A DNA stretch of 48,040 nt from a virus (Duplodnaviria; Caudoviricetes). This document shows positions 8,156 through 18,324 of the stretch, piece by piece. Location of the stretch: the IMG/VR virus record IMGVR_UViG_3300010400_000027, positions 1 through 48,040 of that record; one strand, 5' to 3'. How positions within the stretch are numbered: the stretch's first letter is position 1; every line of letters begins with the position of its first letter. Under the pieces are notes generated by a model. The model did not search any database. It was not told the origin of the DNA and saw nothing but the letters and a program-made list of their open reading frames with translations. A program made the translations under genes and the position numbers.

Positions 8156-9151
8156 ATGCCTAATACTAGTCCATCTAGTTCGATCTTGAAACGATTGGGA
8201 TTCAATCTTCCTCAATCTGATCCAAATATAGATACATCAAATCAAGATAAAATTGCTAGACAACAACAGGCGGCGCAGCCGCTATGGAAACAATATGCAC
8301 GTAATGCTATAGATGCTCCAGTCGGAGCCTTAAAGGGATATTTAGGAATGGGTAGTCCAGAAGATGCATCATCTGGAGAATATGTAGCTAATAAATTATT
8401 TCAACAAACTAGAGATCCTGATCCATATCTATCTAAATTAACTCAAAATATTCCAGGAATGACTGGTGATATGGCTCAAGGAATTAGTATGTTTCCTAAT
8501 CGTGGAGCAAGAATATTAGGGACTAATGCATTTAGAGAAGCAGCAGATGATGCTCCAAAAAATATTGGATTAGCATTACATGAATTTGCGGATAAATATC
8601 CTCGCATAGCTGCTCATATGAAACCTACTGCCGGTGAATCCTATGTAAGAGGCGCAAATGCCTCATTAGAAATTCCAGGTGGAAAAGTAGCAGAACCTAT
8701 GTTAACTAAATTTACTAAACTAGGTAGAGAAAAAGCTGCACCACATTTAGATGCTGCACGTAATATGGTGTTTCATGAAGGAACTCATGCTGCTCAGGCA
8801 TTAGGAAATAGTGATACTCAACAATTATATATTAATGCTCATAAGTTAGGTGGATATGAACAAAATCCTTTTGAAATAAATGCACGTAATAGTGGGCAAA
8901 GAAATTATCCAGGTGCTCCTGTAACTAATCGAATTAATATAAATGAGAATTTAGCTAATTTAGCTCAGGAAAGATTAAATGATCCTAGAATTACTAGATC
9001 AGTAGATACTAAATTAGCAGCTGAAAAAATTCAAGAGATTCAAAAGAGACGTGGAGTATTACAATCAGCATATGGCAATCCTCAATTTGATGAACAAATA
9101 AGATCGATGGAACGTGGTATACCATCATTCGAACTATTGAATCGAAAATAA
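8156..9151 (+). CDS. protein with zincin metallopeptidase (HExxH) motif
   Basis: VFHEGTHAAQ followed by YEQNPFEINAR (candidate third-ligand Glu). Confidence 0.55.
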   Translation: MPNTSPSSSILKRLGFNLPQSDPNIDTSNQDKIARQQQAAQPLWKQYARNAIDAPVGALKGYLGMGSPEDASSGEYVANKLFQQTRDPDPYLSKLTQNIPGMTGDMAQGISMFPNRGARILGTNAFREAADDAPKNIGLALHEFADKYPRIAAHMKPTAGESYVRGANASLEIPGGKVAEPMLTKFTKLGREKAAPHLDAARNMVFHEGTHAAQALGNSDTQQLYINAHKLGGYEQNPFEINARNSGQRNYPGAPVTNRININENLANLAQERLNDPRITRSVDTKLAAEKIQEIQKRRGVLQSAYGNPQFDEQIRSMERGIPSFELLNRK

Positions 9152-11602
9152 ATGTCTAAGAATATTTCCGAGGAGACACAGCGACTATTAAAGGCAGTCT
9201 ATGATGACTGTCAAAAGGAGGATACTGCCGTAAGAGAAAGACAGATTAGAAATTGGCGAAGACTAAAATTACTATGGGAAGGATTTAATAGAGTTTGGTA
9301 TAGTGAAGTAGCACATGATTGGCGTATATGGGATGAAACAGCAGATCAAGATTCAGACCAATCATATTACGATAAACCTATTAATGTTTTTAAGGCATAT
9401 TTAGAATCAATCATTGCTGCTCTTTCAGTTTCAGTACCATCCATTAAATGTTTCCCTGATAACGCTGATGATACGCTTGATTTAGCCACCGCGAAAGCCG
9501 GGGATAAAATAGCCGAATTAGTTTATCGTCACAATAATGTAAGTTTATTATGGCTCCACGCGCTCTTTGTTTATTGTACTGAAGGAATGGTAGCTTGTTA
9601 TAGTTATCCAGTTGAATCTGACGAAACATATGAATCAAAGGAATATGATGAAACAACTGAAGATCATGAAATTACAACATGCTCTAATTGTGGTCATACT
9701 ATATCGGACTCTATTGTTTCTCCAACTGATCCTAATCAAATTCAACAAGAGATTTCACAAGACCCTACTATTCAATTGGGTATGCAAAACTCTCAGAATC
9801 AACCCCAGATTCCGAGTTTACCAAATCAACAGTCACAGGAATTACCATCCCAACAACCTGCACAGTCGCAGAATGACGGATCGGAGTTACGGAATAATGA
9901 ATTAGATGAATTCATGCCCGATAATGAAGATGCATCATTACATTATACACTAATGAGTGGACAGGATTTATGTCCTGCATGTATGCAAATGATGGATCCT
10001 GAAATTAGTCGAGAGAAATTAATCGTAACCAGACTAGTCGGGATAACATCATTACCAAAGACACGTATGTGTTTGGAGGCATATGGTGGATTGAATGTAA
10101 AGATACCTAATTTCGCGAAGACTCAGAAAAAAGTACCATATCTCATATTTTCAGAAGAAACTGATTACTCATTAGTAGTAAATGAATTTGAACATTTACA
10201 TGGTAATAAGAAATTATTAAAATCAATTAAGGGTGGTAATCCAGGTTCATATAATCAATATGATCAATGGGGTCGTCTCAGTCCTCAATATCAAGGGGAA
10301 TATCCATTAAATGTTGTGACTGTCAATAAGGCATGGATTCGTCCTGCCAAATTCAATATATTACAACCAGACGATTCAGCTTCGCTGAAAAAAGAATTCC
10401 CCGATGGAGTCAAAGCGATATTCGTTAATGATGAATTTGCACATGCATGTAATGAATCATTAGATGATTGTTGGACTTTATTTGAGAATCCATTGTCTGA
10501 TTTCCTTCATTTCGATCCTGCTGGTCAGGGATTAGTATCAATTCAGGATATAACGAATGATCTCGTCTCATTAGTCCTTCAAACAATTGAACATGGTATA
10601 GGACAGACATTCGCAGATCCTGCCGTGGTTAATTTCAAAGCATATGAACAAACTGAAGTAGTTCCTGGAGGAATATTTCCGGCTACACCTAAATCTGGTA
10701 AGAGTTTATCCGAAGGATTCTATGAATTACGTACAGCAACATTATCAGCGGAAGTCTTACCATTTAGTCAGAATGTCCAATCGATGGCACAATTAGTATC
10801 AGGCGCGACGCCATCATTATTTGGTGGTCAATTAGAAGGAAGTGATACTGCATCTGAATATAGTATGCGTCGCGCTCAGTCATTACAACGACTTCAGAAT
10901 ACCTGGAAGACATTTACTATATGGTGGAAGACAATATTCGGTAAAGTCATTCCAATGTATATTAAGGAAATGAAAGATGACGAACGTGATGTTAAACGTG
11001 ATGATGATGGTAACTTTATTAACGTATTTATCAGAAAAAGCGAGACCGAAGGTAAAATTGGTAAAGTCGAATTAGATGCTAATGAAAACTTACCATTAAC
11101 TTGGTCTCAAATTAAAGATACTGTTGAGAAATTAATGACTAATGTTAATCCTAAAATTCAAGAAATCATGTCTGCCCCAGAAAATATTGGTCTCATACAT
11201 GAATCATTAGGATTAAATGATTTTTACGTTCCTGGTGAAGATGACATTATAAAGCAATACGACGAGATAAAACTACTGTTAAACAGCGCACCAATTGAAA
11301 CTGGTGATGAAATGATGCCAGAAATGCCATCAGTAGAAATAGATCCTGATTTTGATAATAATCAAGTCGAATTCGAGATATGTCGTAAGTGGATAGTGAG
11401 TGAAGCAGGTAGACAAGCTAAAAATGATAATCCAAATGGATATCGTAATGTATTACTACATGGTAAAATGCATCTTCAAATAATACAACAGCAAGCTATG
11501 CAACAACAGCAGATGGAGTCAGGTGTCACTCCAAATAAAAGACCGCGTGAAGACACTAAGGCACCCATAAAAGAGGAATCAAATGTTAATCAAGTTCAGT
11601 GA
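9152..11602 (+). CDS. portal protein
   Basis: 816 aa between TerL and scaffold/capsid; P22-like features (KPINVFKAY, SIQDITNDL, TASEYSMRRAQSLQRL, Q-rich C-terminus). Confidence 0.85.
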   Translation: MSKNISEETQRLLKAVYDDCQKEDTAVRERQIRNWRRLKLLWEGFNRVWYSEVAHDWRIWDETADQDSDQSYYDKPINVFKAYLESIIAALSVSVPSIKCFPDNADDTLDLATAKAGDKIAELVYRHNNVSLLWLHALFVYCTEGMVACYSYPVESDETYESKEYDETTEDHEITTCSNCGHTISDSIVSPTDPNQIQQEISQDPTIQLGMQNSQNQPQIPSLPNQQSQELPSQQPAQSQNDGSELRNNELDEFMPDNEDASLHYTLMSGQDLCPACMQMMDPEISREKLIVTRLVGITSLPKTRMCLEAYGGLNVKIPNFAKTQKKVPYLIFSEETDYSLVVNEFEHLHGNKKLLKSIKGGNPGSYNQYDQWGRLSPQYQGEYPLNVVTVNKAWIRPAKFNILQPDDSASLKKEFPDGVKAIFVNDEFAHACNESLDDCWTLFENPLSDFLHFDPAGQGLVSIQDITNDLVSLVLQTIEHGIGQTFADPAVVNFKAYEQTEVVPGGIFPATPKSGKSLSEGFYELRTATLSAEVLPFSQNVQSMAQLVSGATPSLFGGQLEGSDTASEYSMRRAQSLQRLQNTWKTFTIWWKTIFGKVIPMYIKEMKDDERDVKRDDDGNFINVFIRKSETEGKIGKVELDANENLPLTWSQIKDTVEKLMTNVNPKIQEIMSAPENIGLIHESLGLNDFYVPGEDDIIKQYDEIKLLLNSAPIETGDEMMPEMPSVEIDPDFDNNQVEFEICRKWIVSEAGRQAKNDNPNGYRNVLLHGKMHLQIIQQQAMQQQQMESGVTPNKRPREDTKAPIKEESNVNQVQ

Positions 11603-12887
11603 ATTAATGAGTCCTCCCGATTCTAATGATAGTGGATCGGCGACAGCCGAGATGAATAAGGAGGATATTATTGAATTTCTTGGAGATGATGAACCTATTG
11701 AAACTATTGATTTAGAAGATAAGAAAACTAAATCTAAGGATGAATCCATTAAGAAAGAATCTAAAGAATCTAAAGAAGATAAGGAATCTAAAGAGGATGA
11801 AGATGAAGAGACAGAAGATGACGAAATTGATGAATTAAAAGAATTAGAAGAAGAATTAGAAGAACCATCTGAAGATGATTTAGAATTAGTCACGCCTGTT
11901 AGACGTAGAGAAATCCTCGCGAAATACCCAAAATTATTTAAAGACTTCCCCTATCTAGAGAAGGCATATTATCGCGAGCAACAATATACTGAATTACTCC
12001 CTACAATTAGTGATGCTAAGGACGCAGTATCTAAAGCAGAAACTTTAGATAAATTTGAGCGTGATCTAATCAGTGGAAACACTGAGATGATGCTCAAAGC
12101 TGTAAAGTCCGAGAATCAAGAGGCGTTTAATAAAATAATTGATAATTATCTTCCCGTACTATCTAAAGTTGATGAGAAGGCGTATCATCATGTAATTGGA
12201 AATACAATTAAACATACTATTATGGCAATGATCACTGAAGGTCGCGCTTCTAATAATGAGGCATTACAAAATGCTGCTCAGATATTAAATCAATTTGTAT
12301 TCGCATCATCTAATTTCATTCCTCCGTCATCATTATCATCTGATAAACCTAATCCAGACAAGACTAAAGAAGATGAATTAAATCAGCGTGAGATGAAATT
12401 CAGACAAAATAAATTGAATTCAGCGAATAATGATTTGAATACACGAGTTAATAATTCATATAAGGCTACGATTGAAGCCAATATTGATCCTAAACAATCA
12501 ATGACTGATTATGTTCGTAAACAAGCGACGCGCGAGGCATTAGAATCATTAAATGATCTCATAAATCAAGATAAGCGATTTAAAACAATTGTAGATAAAT
12601 TATGGCAAAATGCAGCCGATCATGATTTTGATAAGGTTTATACTGATAAAATTAAATCTGCCTTTCTTTATAAAGCTAAAACACTGATGCCTTCAGTCAT
12701 TGAAAAGGCCCGAAAAGAAGCTTTAAAAGGAATGGGTAAACATACTTCAACTAATGATGAATCCGATTCTCCTACTAAAAAGAATGTTAATAAAAATAAT
12801 GAAGAGAGGCCACGCTCCAAACCTAATAGTGGCAAATCTGTTCCAAGAAACATGTCTTCACTTGAATATTTAATGTCAGATGACTAA
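11583..12887 (+). CDS. capsid scaffolding protein
   Basis: Acidic disordered N-terminus, helical body, located between portal and capsid. Confidence 0.7.
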   Translation: MLIKFSELMSPPDSNDSGSATAEMNKEDIIEFLGDDEPIETIDLEDKKTKSKDESIKKESKESKEDKESKEDEDEETEDDEIDELKELEEELEEPSEDDLELVTPVRRREILAKYPKLFKDFPYLEKAYYREQQYTELLPTISDAKDAVSKAETLDKFERDLISGNTEMMLKAVKSENQEAFNKIIDNYLPVLSKVDEKAYHHVIGNTIKHTIMAMITEGRASNNEALQNAAQILNQFVFASSNFIPPSSLSSDKPNPDKTKEDELNQREMKFRQNKLNSANNDLNTRVNNSYKATIEANIDPKQSMTDYVRKQATREALESLNDLINQDKRFKTIVDKLWQNAADHDFDKVYTDKIKSAFLYKAKTLMPSVIEKARKEALKGMGKHTSTNDESDSPTKKNVNKNNEERPRSKPNSGKSVPRNMSSLEYLMSDD

Positions 12888-12914
12888 TGTCCTAATGGAC
12901 ATAAAGGAAATTAT

Positions 12915-14162
12915 ATGGCAGTTGTAGAATCACAAGTTACAGCATTAGAATTAGAAAGAGTTGTTCCAAAAATTCGTACTCTATTTGAGCGTAATGATAA
13001 ATTCTACGCGAATATCAAGAAGTGCGATGTAGAAGTTATCAGTCAGAGACAAATGCGGGTACCGCTCGAATTGAGACCAGGTGGATCATTTCAATATTTT
13101 GATCCTAATGGTGGAGATTTAGGACGTGGTGGCGGGCCAACTTGGGATAAAGCAGTCCTTACGAGTGTATTCGTATCAGAGAATATTGAATATACTAAAT
13201 TAACTCAGTGGGCCACAGATAATGATCGTAAAGCTATTACTAACGCAGTCAAGAGACTTACGGCTACTGCATTAGATGAATTACGACGACAACTTGACTC
13301 ACAATTAATGCAGGCAGGAACTGGCGCTGTTGGAACTATCACTACAGTTGCCACTGCTGCTGGTGTTGATACATATACATTAACTACTGATGGATTCGGA
13401 GCTAGATTAGTTAGATTTGGTCAAGTAGTTCAAGTATATGATGCGACTCTTGCCACATTACGTGGAAAAGGAACTATTACTAAGTGGGATGTTGAGAATG
13501 CTACCATTGATGTAACTCCAGCAGTAGCGGGTGCAATTGCTACTGATATTCTAGTTACTGATGGTATCTCTTCGCCCGCGTCATTACCTGCACTATTCGG
13601 AGTTCCATACCATCATTCCAATGCATCAACTGGAACATGGTTAGGATTTAGTAGATCAACTACGCCTGAAATCCGATCAAATCGTGTTAATGGTGGTTCA
13701 TCTGCATTAACATTACCATTACCACGACTCGCGATCAATAAGATTGGAAATAGAGTAGGAATTGATAATAACTTCAAGCCTAATGCATGGCTACATCCAT
13801 GTCAAAAACAGGCATATGAGGATATTGGTCAAGCAGTTATTATGATACAGAAACAGGCCAAAGATGAAGGTCTGGATATGTATTTTGATAAAATGCAATT
13901 CGCTGGTGCGACTGATAAACCATCATTTAACTGGGATAAAACTAGAATAGACTTCGTAGTTGATGAAGTATGGGGCCGTGGCGAAATCCTACCGATAGGA
14001 TTCTATACCACTGATGGGCGAAGGATTTTTGAAATTCGTTCGTCGAGTGGTGGTGTTGCCACAGCCGACATCTTCTATATGGTTTGTGGAATGCAAACTT
14101 TCGTAAATAATCCTGCGGCAACTGCCTACATCGATGCGTTGGCAGTTCCTGCGGGGTACTAA
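12915..14162 (+). CDS. major capsid protein (HK97 fold)
   Basis: 415 aa following scaffold; MRVPLELRPGG, C-terminal QTFVNNPAATAYIDAL. Confidence 0.85.
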   Translation: MAVVESQVTALELERVVPKIRTLFERNDKFYANIKKCDVEVISQRQMRVPLELRPGGSFQYFDPNGGDLGRGGGPTWDKAVLTSVFVSENIEYTKLTQWATDNDRKAITNAVKRLTATALDELRRQLDSQLMQAGTGAVGTITTVATAAGVDTYTLTTDGFGARLVRFGQVVQVYDATLATLRGKGTITKWDVENATIDVTPAVAGAIATDILVTDGISSPASLPALFGVPYHHSNASTGTWLGFSRSTTPEIRSNRVNGGSSALTLPLPRLAINKIGNRVGIDNNFKPNAWLHPCQKQAYEDIGQAVIMIQKQAKDEGLDMYFDKMQFAGATDKPSFNWDKTRIDFVVDEVWGRGEILPIGFYTTDGRRIFEIRSSSGGVATADIFYMVCGMQTFVNNPAATAYIDALAVPAGY

Positions 14163-14181
14163 CTTTAAATAGGAGAATACA

Positions 14182-14496
14182 ATGAGTGACTTATTGTTTC
14201 AGAATTTTAGTACAGTTCAGAGTGATAAACAACCACTACCAATCACTATAGCAGCAACTACTACAATTGCTCCAGTAGCCAGATTAACATTCCTTACTGG
14301 TACTACAGCGGTTGCTACTATTACTCCTCCAGTAAGTGGGTATCATGAACTTGTGTTCTGTTTTACGGATGCATCTCCTGGTGCCTTAGTTACTACTGGT
14401 AATATCAAGACTGCATATACGCCAATTACTAATCGTCCAATTACTTTCTTCTATGATCCATCATCTGCTAAATATTGGGTTGGTGCAGTGGTCTAA
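14182..14496 (+). CDS. probable capsid decoration/cement protein
   Basis: Small Thr-rich beta protein directly after MCP, AGGAG RBS. Confidence 0.55.
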   Translation: MSDLLFQNFSTVQSDKQPLPITIAATTTIAPVARLTFLTGTTAVATITPPVSGYHELVFCFTDASPGALVTTGNIKTAYTPITNRPITFFYDPSSAKYWVGAVV

Positions 14497-14515
14497 CTAT
14501 TCATTATATCCTCTT

Positions 14516-14543
14516 GTCGGTTTAGGATTAAAATAGAACCGAC
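14516..14543 (+). terminator. hairpin after the capsid genes
   Basis: GTCGGTT...AACCGAC inverted repeat; weak U tract. Confidence 0.35.
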
Positions 14544-14552
14544 CTTAATCTA

Positions 14553-14756
14553 ATGAATGAACAAAGAAAATGGCTAAAAAATGAAATGGCTTATATAAAT
14601 AGAGCAGTAAATCAAATTAAATTAGGAAAATCAATTTATTCCCAAGTTAAAAGATTAAAAAATGGGATATTTCATTATAGAAGTTGGGAATCAATTCGTG
14701 CTCAAATAAATAAGGTAAGAAATGGAAATAAAAGTAATGATCGGAGTCCCTACTAA
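14553..14756 (+). CDS. small basic hypothetical protein
   Basis: ORF fills the gap and overlaps the next gene. Confidence 0.5.
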   Translation: MNEQRKWLKNEMAYINRAVNQIKLGKSIYSQVKRLKNGIFHYRSWESIRAQINKVRNGNKSNDRSPY

Positions 14757-15426
14757 TGAGATGGCGAGACATTCATCATTTTATGATTATCTTGAATTAT
14801 TAGAGAAACCTGAAAATACCTTTTCAACTAGAGCACATGGACAATCGCCTGCGCGCAACAGAAATCTTATCATACAGGAAGCTATTGATAAAGAATGTAC
14901 TCATGTTTTATTAATTGATGATGATATAATAGTTAAATCTGATTTATTGATCCAATTATTAGAACATGATGTTGATATAGTCTCCGCGCTCGCTCTTATG
15001 CGAAATTATCCTCATCCTCCTTTAGCATTCACTAGTGCAGATGAAATGGGAAAATGTTTATTTACAGTATTACCTAAAAATGAATCTGGTCTTATTGAAG
15101 TTGTCGCTACAGGATTGGGATGTATTCTCATTAAGACAAGTATATTCGATAAATTAGAGAGACCATGGATTAGATTAGGTGAATTAGAATCGGATGAATG
15201 GTGTGACGATATAGGATTTTTTAAGCGCGTGCGCGAGGCGGGAATTAAGATTTATTGTGATTTAGATGCTCAAGTAGGCCATGTTACATCGGTAGTGATA
15301 TGGCCTAATCAAATTAATGGAAATTGGTATACTTCATATGATTCACAAGGTAGATCTAGATTAAATACACCTCAAATTGAATCAAATGAACCTCAACATA
15401 AGGTAAAATGGTATGGAACTGACTGA
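14722..15426 (+). CDS. GT-A fold glycosyltransferase (family 2-like)
   Basis: MIGVPT, ARNRN, THVLLIDDDI (DxD), GLGCILIK, DDIGFF...AGIKIYCD..VGH. Confidence 0.85.
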   Translation: MEIKVMIGVPTNEMARHSSFYDYLELLEKPENTFSTRAHGQSPARNRNLIIQEAIDKECTHVLLIDDDIIVKSDLLIQLLEHDVDIVSALALMRNYPHPPLAFTSADEMGKCLFTVLPKNESGLIEVVATGLGCILIKTSIFDKLERPWIRLGELESDEWCDDIGFFKRVREAGIKIYCDLDAQVGHVTSVVIWPNQINGNWYTSYDSQGRSRLNTPQIESNEPQHKVKWYGTD

Positions 15427-15988
15427 ATCTATTAAAAGTTTGAATAAACAGTTAATTGATTTATTTGGTATCGATACTATATCATCGCTTCCTATATGGC
15501 GAATAGTATGGTCTGAGTTTCAATTTGAATGGCGATATGGCACCTATGATGATATTACTAAGAGCGGAATATTTCTAAGATCAGTAACTGAGACTAGATG
15601 GGTACCAAAATACAGACAGTGGATTCAAGATAAATTTGTATTAGAACGATTAGTAGTTGTTCCAATTACTAATAAAGATGAATTACCAGATACTAAGGTT
15701 TCATATGAACCAATTTGGATTTTTGAAGATAGAAATGGTGATTATTTACCACCAAAATTAGAAGCGGCACAATTTATAATAAATACTATCTACGCCGCTC
15801 AATATAGTAATCATAATCTCACTCGATATTCTGATCCTGATAATTCACAGGAAGCTCAAATAGAGAATGCGCGAAGGCGAATCGATGGAATAGTAGAGGA
15901 ATTATTTGGAGAACAATCATCTTTTGAAGGCTCTACAGTAACAGGTGAAACAATTATAGTTCCGAGGAATTATGAAAAGAGGAAATAA
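15413..15988 (+). CDS. hypothetical phage protein
   Basis: ORF in operon, overlapping neighbours. Confidence 0.75.
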   Translation: MELTESIKSLNKQLIDLFGIDTISSLPIWRIVWSEFQFEWRYGTYDDITKSGIFLRSVTETRWVPKYRQWIQDKFVLERLVVVPITNKDELPDTKVSYEPIWIFEDRNGDYLPPKLEAAQFIINTIYAAQYSNHNLTRYSDPDNSQEAQIENARRRIDGIVEELFGEQSSFEGSTVTGETIIVPRNYEKRK

Positions 15989-16671
15989 TGTCAGTTCTTA
16001 ATCTTCAGACCATGAGGCGCAGAACAATTAGAGCGGAAGTAAATCCATTAGATAAATCTACTATTGTTTCAATATTTCCAAAAGAAATTCATGAAATTAA
16101 ACATACGATTCAACCCGGTACATTTCATTTAAGTTCTGGAAGTGTTGAAAAACCATCATTATTAATTGTTGGTCCGAGTAGTTGGTGGAAAGAAATAGAT
16201 GAGGAACAACCATTATTAGAAATTCCTAATAGTTCAATTCAAGTGGCTGATTCAATTGTTAAAGATTATTGTAATGGATTATTAGGATGTAATATGAGTG
16301 ATTGTATGCCTGGAATATTTTGGATTCCAGGTTCATTTACTCTAATTGAACTTAAGAAATCCTACCAACATTTATTAGATAAAGCAAAGCTTAATCAAGA
16401 TAGATATTTCTCCGCGCTCGTTAAATTAGCAGATAGTTTATGGGCGAGGACTAATGGAAATCCGCTTGTAATATCAGATGATATGCGTATGGCTGCAAAA
16501 TTACTAAATCTAAATACAAAAGATTGGATGAAAGATTTCTCTATGATGCAACAAACTAAATGTCCTGCTTGTGGATCTCCTCGCAATTCTGAATTTCCTG
16601 TATGTCCGACATGCCATGCCATAGTTGATAAGGATCGTGCTAAAGAATTAGGAATAGCTTTTTCAACTTAG
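15988..16671 (+). CDS. hypothetical protein with C-terminal Zn ribbon
   Basis: CPACG...CPTCH. Confidence 0.75.
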   Translation: MSVLNLQTMRRRTIRAEVNPLDKSTIVSIFPKEIHEIKHTIQPGTFHLSSGSVEKPSLLIVGPSSWWKEIDEEQPLLEIPNSSIQVADSIVKDYCNGLLGCNMSDCMPGIFWIPGSFTLIELKKSYQHLLDKAKLNQDRYFSALVKLADSLWARTNGNPLVISDDMRMAAKLLNLNTKDWMKDFSMMQQTKCPACGSPRNSEFPVCPTCHAIVDKDRAKELGIAFST

Positions 16672-16758
16672 TTATATACTTTTATATCCTTTTATAGTGG
16701 AGAATAAATGAATTAGGAATAATATTCTTTAAATAATTAACCCAGAAAGGAGGGGATT

Positions 16759-16815
16759 ATGCATTTACTATTGCTAATTGTAGCCTATTTAATGAATATT
16801 CTTTGGGGAACCTAG
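16759..16815 (+). CDS. 18-aa hydrophobic micropeptide MHLLLLIVAYLMNILWGT
   Basis: Strong RBS AAGGAGG; not in the ORF track. Confidence 0.45.
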   Translation: MHLLLLIVAYLMNILWGT

Positions 16816-16830
16816 TTTCGCGGAGTTAAT

Positions 16831-17547
16831 ATGGCTGGTCCAGTATTACTGACGGGCGAAGTAATGGATAAATCTGCGTCGTTATTGAATGATTCAGGTA
16901 AGTCAATTTATACCTATATTAAACAGTTACCATATTTAAATATGGCATTGAGTGAACTTCAAGAATATTTCGAGTTGAATGAGGTTCCTGTCGTTGATAA
17001 TGTTTCAGCAGTTATTGAAGTTCCTGCTGGAACTACTTCTATTGGATTTTCTCCAGATCCTCCTATAGTTGATACACCATATTTACCTGACGATTTAATT
17101 GAGCCACAAATATTGTGGGAACGTCAATCAGGAATTAATCCTTATATTTCAATGTCAAAAGTTGATTTTCTTCCACGATATATGGAAGGAATTGAGATAA
17201 ATCAATTTATTTATTATGTATGGGAAAGCCAAGAAATTAGATTATTAAGTTCAAATCAAGATAATGATATTAAAATGAATTATATTCGAAACTTATTTAC
17301 TGAATTTACTGATACTGATGGAGAGGACGAAATTGCAGTTCTGAATTCCAGATCATTTCTTCAATATCGTAATGCAGGACTATGTGCCGAATTTATTGGA
17401 GAAAATAAAACTAGAGCAGATGAATTAAATGCATTTGCATCATTAGCTATGGATCGTGTAGTCGGTATTGGAACTAAGGGAAGACAAGCTATAAATACTA
17501 GACATAAACCGTTCAGGGCCTCATATAAAAGGAGATCCTTCTCCTAA
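16831..17547 (+). CDS. head-tail adaptor protein
   Basis: Helix-start LPYLNMALSELQ, YLPDDL, helical C-terminus; size and position fit podoviral adaptors. Confidence 0.65.
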   Translation: MAGPVLLTGEVMDKSASLLNDSGKSIYTYIKQLPYLNMALSELQEYFELNEVPVVDNVSAVIEVPAGTTSIGFSPDPPIVDTPYLPDDLIEPQILWERQSGINPYISMSKVDFLPRYMEGIEINQFIYYVWESQEIRLLSSNQDNDIKMNYIRNLFTEFTDTDGEDEIAVLNSRSFLQYRNAGLCAEFIGENKTRADELNAFASLAMDRVVGIGTKGRQAINTRHKPFRASYKRRSFS

Positions 17548-17594
17548 TTAGATCCTCTAGTCACAATGACTGTTCCTTAGTGGAATGGAGGTAG

Positions 17595-18251
17595 ATGATG
17601 GCATTACAGAAAGTAATAGGAAATCGAGTAAATATTTGGGCGTGGCTATCTAATTTATCAAATAATAATATTGGTATATTTACTAATACTGGCGCTCCAA
17701 CATCAGGAACTTCTGGAACTGGAGCAGGTAAATTAGGTAAGGGATGTTTACTAATTGACATTACTAATGGTATTATTTATATTAATATTGGAACTAAAGC
17801 ATCTCCCAGTTGGAGTTTCTTTGTAGATAATCTATCTACACAAACTATTACTGGAACTAAGAATGGTGGCGCATTCGCTAGACCAGTTTCAATTACTACA
17901 GCTGATACTGGTGTATTAACTTCCGCCATGTCTCCGCGCGTGACAATTGCGACTAAATCTTCAGCAACTCAAGTTTTTACATTACCAATAGCGGCAGAAT
18001 TGGCTGGAATGTATTTTACATTTATTTGTGGAAATGCATCAGGTGAAATTCTAGTTAATCCTGGAAATGGAACTGATGTATTTAGTATTAAAGCAACTGG
18101 GGATCAAGGTGCTAATATTATTACAGCGGCTGGTGTTGGAATTAAGAATACTGCGGCTACTAATGTTCTTAATGATTTAATGACTGTAATGTCTGATGGT
18201 GTTAGTAAGTGGTGGATGATAGAAGAATCAGGTATTTGGGCATCACAGTAA
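17595..18251 (+). CDS. virion structural/decoration protein
   Basis: GAPTSGTSGTGAG...LLIDITNG..YINIGT....W motif; beta-rich C-terminus. Confidence 0.6.
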   Translation: MMALQKVIGNRVNIWAWLSNLSNNNIGIFTNTGAPTSGTSGTGAGKLGKGCLLIDITNGIIYINIGTKASPSWSFFVDNLSTQTITGTKNGGAFARPVSITTADTGVLTSAMSPRVTIATKSSATQVFTLPIAAELAGMYFTFICGNASGEILVNPGNGTDVFSIKATGDQGANIITAAGVGIKNTAATNVLNDLMTVMSDGVSKWWMIEESGIWASQ

Positions 18252-18261
18252 GGAGGATTAG

Positions 18262-18324
18262 ATGTATAAGAAGCGCGCTACGAAGATTCACCGCCCAAAG
18301 CCTAGAATTGTTTGGGGAGAATGA
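18262..18324 (+). CDS. 20-aa putative RiPP precursor peptide MYKKRATKIHRPKPRIVWGE
   Basis: Perfect RBS AAGGAGG; its TGA overlaps the rSAM ATG (ATGA at 18321-18324). Confidence 0.7.
   Translation: MYKKRATKIHRPKPRIVWGE

Noticed and set aside
7931-12853. Alternative-frame or antisense ORFs within the head genes (7931-8215, 9444-9656, 9612-9905, 10425-10610, 11579-11893, 12668-12853)
   Set aside because: Nested in well-supported genes, low complexity, no RBS
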